DNA of 32,000 nt. It comes from Desulfotalea psychrophila LSv54. Its GTDB lineage: Bacteria; Desulfobacterota; Desulfobulbia; Desulfobulbales; Desulfocapsaceae. Shown piece after piece: positions 9,291 through 15,692 of the stretch. A program made the position numbers and the translations under genes. The notes below the pieces were generated by a model, which was not told the origin of the DNA, did not search any database, and was given only the letters and a program-made list of their open reading frames with translations. The stretch is taken from positions 1,950,001-1,982,000 of the forward strand of contig NC_006138.1 of assembly GCF_000025945.1 (NCBI RefSeq), given 5' to 3'. Position 1 is the stretch's first letter. The number at the start of each line of letters is the position of its first letter.

Positions 9291-9730
9291 CTCACCACAG
9301 AGAACACGGAGAAAAAATTTTTAGTCGAACAGCAATAAGAACGATTTCATTGCATTATTTCTTCTAATTGTGACGAGTACAGTATTTAAATCTTCGGGTA
9401 AAGTCGTTTCAGCTTTACCCGTCCATTATCCAGATATTGAGTACCTTCATCTCTTTTGCTCAAAAGAGATGAAGGTGATGGACCCCGCCACTACGACCCT
9501 ACCCTGCGCTCCTCAAACCCCACGAGAGCTTGAGAAGGCTTGCTCTCAAACAGCTCAAATTCTATTTTCGTGGGTCTCTCCGGTGCTCAGCTTCGTGCCA
9601 ATGGGGCGAAATCAAGCTTGCTCGCTGACAGCCACTTTGCTTCACTGCCTCCGCTACGCTTCACTGCCGCCATTCCGCTACGCGTCACTGCTGCTTTTTA
9701 ATTAATTCCCTCTGTGTCCTCTGTGGTGAG
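9291..9730. repeat. Putative non-coding element flanked by imperfect 21-bp inverted repeats
   Basis: CTCACCACAGAGAACACGGAG (9291-9311) versus CTCTGTGTCCTCTGTGGTGAG (9710-9730), 19/21 inverted match; encloses a perfect 16-bp palindrome and a 17-bp direct repeat (9651-9667 / 9675-9691, 1 mismatch). Confidence 0.5.
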
Positions 9731-9752
9731 CGCCTTTGCCCTTGTTCCTGGG

Positions 9753-10763
9753 TTATTTTTTTCGGGAGAGGATATAGTGGCCAAGGCCAACCAACAGGTT
9801 CATTTCGTCCTGTATATCTCTGCTCTTAAAAATATGTAACTGCTGACAGGCAAAGCTGATATCAGCCTCGGCATGGTCTCTGGCCTCGGCAAAGCCATTA
9901 TATTTCTCTATAAAGGCGGATATTTCTGTAAAAGATTCTGCCCGTAGGTTCTCGTCTGCCAGGATCTTCTCCACCCGGCAAACAGCGGGGGTATCGCCCC
10001 GTTTTTTTGCTTGGCTAAGGGCCAGAATAAGGGGCAGGGTCATCTTGCCCTCGGCAAGATCATTGCCCACGGCCTTGCCTGTCAACGCTGTATCCCCCTG
10101 GTAGTCGAGGAGGTCGTCGACAATCTGAAAGGCAGAGCCCAATTTTTCTCCATAGCTACGCAGGGCAGCTATCTCTGCCTCACTGCCCCCTCCGTAAAGC
10201 GCTCCCAGTTCACAGGCGGCGGCAATAAGTACCCCCGTTTTGCCCATAACAGCTCTATAATAATCAAGCTCTGAAATATTATACTCCTGGGCATTGCGTA
10301 GCTGTAAGAATTCACCATCGACCATGGCACTGGTGGCCTTGCCAAAACGGCGAAGTCCCTCTGCTCCCACCATCTCGCCGACAAAGATCATGGCCCTGGT
10401 GTGGAGGAAATCTCCGGCCAGGATGGCGGCCTCCATCCCAAATTTTTTAGCGATGGATTCCTGACCACGTCGCAGATCAGAGTGGTCAATGATATCATCG
10501 TGAAAAAGCGTTGCCGCATGCAGATACTCAAATCCTGTGGCCAATCGATATGTTTCCAGCCCGTTGTTGCCGCAGAGCCTGGCCGCCATTAAGACCAGCA
10601 GTGGCCTGATTCTCTTGCCGCCCGAGAGGAGGCCATATTCAAGGATATCACAGAGCAGGGGCTCCATGGACCCGCGGAGTAGAGCTATATCCTCTGCAAT
10701 ATAACGATTAACCTGCATTCCCTCTCTGCCAATCCCTTGGATCAATTCTATACTGTCTGTCAT
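9753..10763 (-). CDS. ispB: Polyprenyl (octaprenyl/heptaprenyl-type) diphosphate synthase
   Basis: 336 aa; LSGGKRIRPLLVL, FHDDIIDHSDLRRG (first DDxxD), FQIVDDLLDYQGD (second). Confidence 0.88.
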   Translation of the reverse strand: MTDSIELIQGIGREGMQVNRYIAEDIALLRGSMEPLLCDILEYGLLSGGKRIRPLLVLMAARLCGNNGLETYRLATGFEYLHAATLFHDDIIDHSDLRRGQESIAKKFGMEAAILAGDFLHTRAMIFVGEMVGAEGLRRFGKATSAMVDGEFLQLRNAQEYNISELDYYRAVMGKTGVLIAAACELGALYGGGSEAEIAALRSYGEKLGSAFQIVDDLLDYQGDTALTGKAVGNDLAEGKMTLPLILALSQAKKRGDTPAVCRVEKILADENLRAESFTEISAFIEKYNGFAEARDHAEADISFACQQLHIFKSRDIQDEMNLLVGLGHYILSRKK

Positions 10764-10803
10764 GAGCTTCTCATATTTTCTACCAACCCTGGAGGCTGTT
10801 TTA

Positions 10804-12777
10804 TTATAATGTTTTTTCCGTGCTAAAGAATTTCTTTACCTCATCAAGGGACCTGGTCACGGGTGCCGGTGGCAAACTGCGCAGGAATCTCTTACCATAA
10901 AATTTTGAGAAGAGACGAATGTCCAGAATGGTAATGAGACCCCGATCCCGGTCAGAACGCATTAGGCGGCCAACGCCTTGGCGCAGGGTCAGTACTGCCC
11001 GTGGCACCTGGAAATCCATGAAGGGATTACCACCGGCCGCCTTAATATACTCCATTCTGGCCTGGATGACAGGGTCAGTTGGCACTTCAAAGGGGAGTTT
11101 GTCAATAATAACACAACTCAGAGCCTCACCTGCCACATCAATACCCTCCCAAAAACTGGCAACGGCCAGGAGGACGGAGTCTCTATCCGCCTTAAACTCT
11201 TCCAGCAGGTGTTTGCGTGAGTGACGGCCTTGAACCAGCATGCGATAGTCAATTTTATCCGTAAGCCAGGTGGCAGCCCTCTCCATGGCAGAAAAACTGG
11301 TGAAGAGGATCAGGGCTCGACCACGACTCTGTTCCAGTATCTGCAATATTCTCTCGCAACTCTTCTGTCCATAGTCGGGGGCATTGGTCTCTGGAAATCC
11401 TCCTTCGGGTATATAGAGCAGGGCCTGCTCTTTATAGGCAAAGGGTGAGGCAAAACGGAGATATTTGGTGTCAGCTGGCAGGCCCAGCCTCTCTCGGAGA
11501 TAATCAAATTTTTCCCCTATGGAGAGGGTTGCCGAGGTCATTATGGTAGATTCAACTCCGGCGTATAAAAATTCATTTAACTCTTTGGCAACGGAGATGG
11601 GGGTCACCGACAGGACAATGGATTTTTCTCTATGCTCGAACCAGTGTACATAGTTGCTGCTGGTGGTATCGCGTGCGAGCCCCGTCAGGCGCAGGTTATC
11701 GTGGCACTCCTGACAACGGCGGACCAGGGTCTGCCATCCTTCACCTTTAAAATGGAGATCGGTAAGGGCCACTATCAGTTTTGCTATCCCTGTGGCTAAC
11801 AGTTCAACCTCCTGCTGCCATGCCTCTTGGCCGTACTCTGTTACTAACTCTTTAAGGGCTGTTTTCCCCCGTTTTTTAGGGAAAACGTGCATAAAGGCAT
11901 TAAGACGAACACGCATGCCGCTGAGGCGAGAGAGGAGATTTTTATGCTCATCGCTGACAAGAATCTTGTCACCAAGTCGCTCTGCGTCGCTGAGAATATC
12001 ACGGAGCTGATAGGAGCTAAAGCTCTTGGCAAAAAAGGTGGTGGCAATATCTTCCAGATGATGGGCTTCATCAAAGATCACTGCCTGATAGCGTGGCAGT
12101 ATCTCGCCATAGCCCTCTTTTTTCAGGGCCAGATCAGAAAAGAAGAGATGGTGATTGACGATGAGGATGCGGGCCGCCGCTGCTCGCCTGCGTAGGCGGC
12201 TAATAAAGCAGTTTTCCTGTTCGGGACATTCACTGCCGAGGCATTGGTCAGACTGGGAAGAGATCTTATGCCAGAGGGAGGCATCATCGGCAAGCCAGTG
12301 TAGCTCTGCCCGATCCCCGGTTACGGTGCTGGCCAGCCACTGTTCAATTTTATCCTCATCATCCTGGGCTATGAGGGAGAGTTGGGCGCTACTTCTATGT
12401 TGGTACCATTTATAGAGACAGAGGTAGTTTTGTCGGCCCTTAACGCATTGGGCAGAAACTCTGCCGCCAAACATCTTCTCCAGGAGGGGTATCTCCTTAT
12501 GGATAATCTGATCCTGCAGGTTGCGGGTAGCTGTTGAAACAACCACCCTCTTGCCGGAAATAACGGCGGGCAGGAGGTAGGCAAGGGTTTTGCCAATACC
12601 CGTTTCCGCCTCCACCACCAGTACCCTGGGGGGGGCAGAGACCGCATGGGGATCCGGGTCGTTGCTGTCCATCAGTGATCTACTCACCGCCTGGGCCATC
12701 TCTTGCTGACCACTGCGGGGCTGATAGTGGTCGATCAGCCCTGCCAGTCTGCCATTTTCACCAAAAAAATCTTCCAA
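10804..12777 (-). CDS. dinG: DinG/XPD-family ATP-dependent helicase
   Basis: EAETGIGKTLAYLLPAVIS Walker A, VIFDEAHHLED DEAH box, four cysteines CVKGRQNYLC...CLGSECPEQENC, RQGVGRLMRSDRDRG. Likely TTG start at 12777 with GGAGAGAG upstream; the ORF track start 13134 runs into satellite repeats. Confidence 0.85.
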   Translation of the reverse strand: MEDFFGENGRLAGLIDHYQPRSGQQEMAQAVSRSLMDSNDPDPHAVSAPPRVLVVEAETGIGKTLAYLLPAVISGKRVVVSTATRNLQDQIIHKEIPLLEKMFGGRVSAQCVKGRQNYLCLYKWYQHRSSAQLSLIAQDDEDKIEQWLASTVTGDRAELHWLADDASLWHKISSQSDQCLGSECPEQENCFISRLRRRAAAARILIVNHHLFFSDLALKKEGYGEILPRYQAVIFDEAHHLEDIATTFFAKSFSSYQLRDILSDAERLGDKILVSDEHKNLLSRLSGMRVRLNAFMHVFPKKRGKTALKELVTEYGQEAWQQEVELLATGIAKLIVALTDLHFKGEGWQTLVRRCQECHDNLRLTGLARDTTSSNYVHWFEHREKSIVLSVTPISVAKELNEFLYAGVESTIMTSATLSIGEKFDYLRERLGLPADTKYLRFASPFAYKEQALLYIPEGGFPETNAPDYGQKSCERILQILEQSRGRALILFTSFSAMERAATWLTDKIDYRMLVQGRHSRKHLLEEFKADRDSVLLAVASFWEGIDVAGEALSCVIIDKLPFEVPTDPVIQARMEYIKAAGGNPFMDFQVPRAVLTLRQGVGRLMRSDRDRGLITILDIRLFSKFYGKRFLRSLPPAPVTRSLDEVKKFFSTEKTL

Positions 12778-12848
12778 TGCTCTCTCTCCATCCTGCCAGA
12801 TTTTACCTCTACCTCTACCTCTCCTCGGCCAAAGGGGCAGTATACAGG

Positions 12849-13035
12849 AAAAGGGGAAAGGGCGGAACAGCAGATACGAGATGAGGAAGACCAGATACGA
12901 GATACTAGATGCGAGATACGAGAAAAAACAATGAACTGAAGAAAAATAGGTGCAAAGGAGAGGGATAGGGGAAGAGATATTAGATACGAGCAGCGAAGCG
13001 GCGGATACGAGAAAAGGGAAAAGGCGGAACAGCAG
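12849..13035. repeat. Degenerate heptamer array (AGATACG/AGATACT/AGATGCG) between two ~24-bp direct repeats
   Basis: 12872-12920 reads agatacg agatgag gaagacc agatacg agatact agatgcg agatacg; a second short run is 12982-13009. Flanks: AAAAGGGGAAAGGGCGGAACAGCAG (12849-12873) and AAAAGGGAAAAGGCGGAACAGCAG (13012-13035). Confidence 0.75.
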
Positions 13036-13127
13036 GGGGATAATGCAGGGGAACTTATTGGCTAATAAAATATTGGTGACATTTGGCAAAAAAATCGTGT
13101 AATTCTTTGCTATTAACATATGCTTTT

Positions 13128-13246
13128 CTAGCATCTAGCATCTAGCATCTAGCATCTAGCATCTAGCATCTAGCATCTAGCATCTAGCATCTAGCATCTA
13201 GCATCTAGCATCTAGCATCTAGCATCTAGCATCTAGCATCTAGCAT
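13128..13246. repeat. Perfect tandem array of 17 copies of CTAGCAT (minus strand AGATGCT)
   Basis: 119 nt read directly, 17 x 7 without a mismatch, followed by a partial CT. Confidence 0.97.
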
Positions 13247-13255
13247 CTGTTTTTC

Positions 13256-13290
13256 AAAAAAAAAGGGCCCATCCCCAAGAGGACAGACCC
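13256..13290 (-). terminator. Rho-independent terminator of the porin-like gene
   Basis: Minus strand GGGTCTGTCC...GGATGGGCCC (10-bp stem with G.U pairs) followed by TTTTTTTTT. Confidence 0.7.
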
Positions 13291-13325
13291 TTTATAAGCA
13301 GATTCTACTTTAGCTAAGGGCTAAA

Positions 13326-14597
13326 TTAGAATGCAAGCTCAAGAGACATACCAAAACCGAAAGCAGGATCTTCCATCTCATCTACGTCCATGTAACCGGC
13401 ACGGGCATAGACCATGGTGCCGTCGTTGATGGTGTAGGCAGCAGTTGCAGAGATCTCGTAGACAGAGGTAGAGTCCTCAGTGCCACCGGCAACAAGCATG
13501 ACGTTATTGCTGGTTTCCATGTTGGCATAGGCGAGGTTCAAGCCAAGACCAAGGGTCTCGGTGGCCTGGTAAGAGGTCTTGAAACCGGCAAAGTAGGTAT
13601 CAACAGCAATATCATCAGCACCAAATGCACCGATATTGTTAATGGCACCTGGGGTGATTTGATTATCACCAGCGATCATAACAAAACCAACTGGGGCATC
13701 AAAGGCATAACCGTCCATGGCAAAACCACCAAGAAAGGTTACGTTAACAGCGTCAAAGTCCATGCCAGCAGTTACATAAGCACCGTAACCATCATCGCCA
13801 GTCTCAGTAGTAAGACCATTCATGTCATCAGAGGCAGAGAAACCATCTTGCTGCCAGCCAAGCTCAGCGGTAAGGGCAACGGGACCAGCCTGACCTGCAG
13901 CAGCAGCATTCAGGATAAGACCGCCATTCTCACTTCGGGCATCAGGGTTATTAGGACTTGCAACGCCATCGGTAAGGCTCAAATCAAGCTGGGTGTAAGA
14001 TGCACCAAGCTTGGAAGACCATACGTCGTTCCACTCTTGGTTCCAGCCAAGAACGTAGATGCGATTTTCTGCATCATTAGCGTTGTAAGCTGGGGTCCCA
14101 ATGATACTAGTTCCTTGATTGTCCAAAGAGTTTAGCACACCATAGAGACCGACAACGGTGGTGCCCTCAGAGGCCCAGGTGAGACGAGCATTGTCGATAT
14201 AGGCATCGTTCCAGAAACCGGTGGTAAGGGAGAGCTGTTGACGACCTGCGGTGAGGAGGGTGCAACCCATGGGTACACCAACATAGGCTTCATACATTTG
14301 GAAGGTATCGCCACCATTGTCATCAGAAATACCTGGCTCGTTGCCCCAAACAGTATCTACACGGGTTTTCAAAACCGCATAAGAACCACCAGCGGTGGTG
14401 CCTCTCATTTTCAAACGTACACGGGAGTTCCAGTGATCAGCTTGGTCATCAGAACTGGCAACAGCACCCAAGTTGTAGTCACTTTGGTAGTAGTAACGGG
14501 CACGAGCGTCACCAGAAAATTCGATTCCAGCAACAGCGGTGGATACCATGGTGCCAGCAAGCATAAGGCCTGCAGCAGCAGCGATAATTTTTTTCAT
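13326..14597 (-). CDS. Outer-membrane porin-like beta-barrel protein with signal peptide
   Basis: MKKIIAAAAGLMLAGTMVSTAVAGIEFSGDARARYYYQSDYN..., DHWNSRVRLKMRG, ends in ...DEMEDPAFGFGMSLELAF (aromatic C-terminal Phe). ATG at 14597 follows AAGGAGAAG. Confidence 0.8.
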   Translation of the reverse strand: MKKIIAAAAGLMLAGTMVSTAVAGIEFSGDARARYYYQSDYNLGAVASSDDQADHWNSRVRLKMRGTTAGGSYAVLKTRVDTVWGNEPGISDDNGGDTFQMYEAYVGVPMGCTLLTAGRQQLSLTTGFWNDAYIDNARLTWASEGTTVVGLYGVLNSLDNQGTSIIGTPAYNANDAENRIYVLGWNQEWNDVWSSKLGASYTQLDLSLTDGVASPNNPDARSENGGLILNAAAAGQAGPVALTAELGWQQDGFSASDDMNGLTTETGDDGYGAYVTAGMDFDAVNVTFLGGFAMDGYAFDAPVGFVMIAGDNQITPGAINNIGAFGADDIAVDTYFAGFKTSYQATETLGLGLNLAYANMETSNNVMLVAGGTEDSTSVYEISATAAYTINDGTMVYARAGYMDVDEMEDPAFGFGMSLELAF

Positions 14598-14692
14598 TTT
14601 CTTCTCCTTGAAAAGCTTTTTGTATCCCCCAAGTCTCTCAGGCAAGGGGGGCGATCTCCGTCGCATTGACGGAAGATAATTCATGTTCACTC

Positions 14693-14721
14693 TTTTTATC
14701 GGCTATGGCGTCCAATGTCAA
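14693..14721 (-). promoter_or_regulatory. Candidate sigma-70-type promoter for the porin-like gene
   Basis: Minus strand TTGACA (14716-14721), 17-nt spacer, TAAAAA (14693-14698), followed by a roughly 90-nt leader. Confidence 0.5.
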
Positions 14722-14769
14722 TTTTTTTTTACTCAGGGTTAAAAAATTTGTACCGCAAAGGCAACATTC

Positions 14770-14796
14770 CGTAGAGACGTCGATTTATCGCGTCTC
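14770..14796 (+). repeat. REP-like element copy 1
   Basis: C-GTAG-AGACG-T-CGATTTATCG-CGTCTC: GTAG head plus imperfect palindrome with one bulged base. Confidence 0.85.
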
Positions 14797-14839
14797 ATAA
14801 ACGAGTTTGTGGAATTTGGCATGTAAAAAAAAGGATGTT

Positions 14840-15374
14840 TTATGATTTTTGCCAATTCTGAGAATTGCTCACAATATATTCTCTTGTCAGTTGCAGTCTC
14901 TTTTCATTACGAATTATCTGCTCATAAAATCGTGCCTGCCATGCAAATTGCCTGTCGAATTTATGCACTTCAAATGTAACCCTGCCCTTATACCAACGAA
15001 CAATGGTCGATAAATTTTTATATAACATTGGATTTTTGCTTTTTGTTGTACCACCAGAGACGCGATAAATCGGTAGGTGATCCGTATCAGGTCTTTCAAG
15101 TATAATAATGGCGTGTAGATGATTTGGCATTATGACAAATTCATCCAGGTTGACAAAGGAAAAGTGAACAGGGATTGCCAACAAAGTTTTTTGCGCTATT
15201 TGGCCCGATTTCGATAATTGCATATATATCATGAGATATCTCTCCAAGAGACATCACATTGTTTTTGGTACAGATGGTCACAAAATAAGCGCTGTTTGCG
15301 CCATAATCCCATGATGACAATCTTGCCGATGGTACCCTGTATTGATTTTTATATTTTGTTCTATCCATTGTCAT
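14840..15374 (-). pseudogene. REP-associated tyrosine transposase (RAYT, Y1_Tnp), interrupted by one frameshift
   Basis: 15374 frame: YRVPSARLSSWDYGANSAYFVTICTKNNVMSLGEIS; 14840 frame: MQLSKSGQIAQKTLLAIPVHFSFVNLDEFVIMPNHLHAIIIL...REYIVSNSQNW. HxH (HLH) motif present. Frame changes at ATATATAT near 15222-15229. Confidence 0.85.
15057..15072 (-). repeat. Half REP sequence embedded inside the RAYT coding region
   Basis: GAGACGCGATAAATCG, 16 nt identical to the corresponding half of REP copy 3. Confidence 0.7.
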
Positions 15375-15400
15375 GTTTTCCAGCTAATCGCATATTTGCC

Positions 15401-15427
15401 CGTAGAGACGACGATTTATCGCGTCTC
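15401..15427 (+). repeat. REP-like element copy 2
   Basis: CGTAGAGACGACGATTTATCGCGTCTC; differs from copy 1 only at the bulged base (A for T). Confidence 0.85.
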
Positions 15428-15606
15428 ATGTTGTTGAATTATCCTGTCTTGATAATAGCATGGGTTATTATCTTGCAACAATGGCGTGCTAATTATTTTT
15501 ACAATGGTGGGGTGGATGGGGCTACCGTATTGGTGATGTGGTAAACGATCGGGGTTTGAAATTGGTGATGTCTTTACGTGTTTGTGAATTGGGCATGTGG
15601 GATAGA

Positions 15607-15639
15607 TTAAGGAGCCAAGCCCAAAGGCTGACTCCTTAA
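15607..15639 (-). terminator. Hairpin downstream of the VCBS-repeat gene, possible terminator
   Basis: TTAAGGAG...AAGCCcaaaGGCT...CTCCTTAA inverted repeat; no long T tract. Confidence 0.4.
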
Positions 15640-15665
15640 AATATCTACTTTCTCCTGAAAGAGAG

Positions 15666-15692
15666 GAGACGCGATAAATCGACGTCTCTACG
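15666..15692 (-). repeat. REP-like element copy 3, inverted
   Basis: GAGACGCGATAAATCGACGTCTCTACG, the exact reverse complement of copy 1. Confidence 0.87.

Noticed and set aside
9370-9705. 111-aa ORF in the inverted-repeat block
   Set aside because: Runs through the palindrome and short direct repeats, no domain; kept only as part of a non-coding repeat finding.
13128-13246. CRISPR array
   Set aside because: Units are 7 nt with no spacers and no cas genes nearby; a simple satellite.
14628-14660. Glycine riboswitch-like string CTCTCAGGCAAGGGGG on the plus strand
   Set aside because: Only a short match, wrong orientation for the porin gene and no plus-strand target gene; likely coincidence.
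15218-15544. 108-aa plus-strand ORF spanning the RAYT start and REP copy 2
   Set aside because: Antisense to the RAYT N-terminus and crosses a REP; not credible as a gene.
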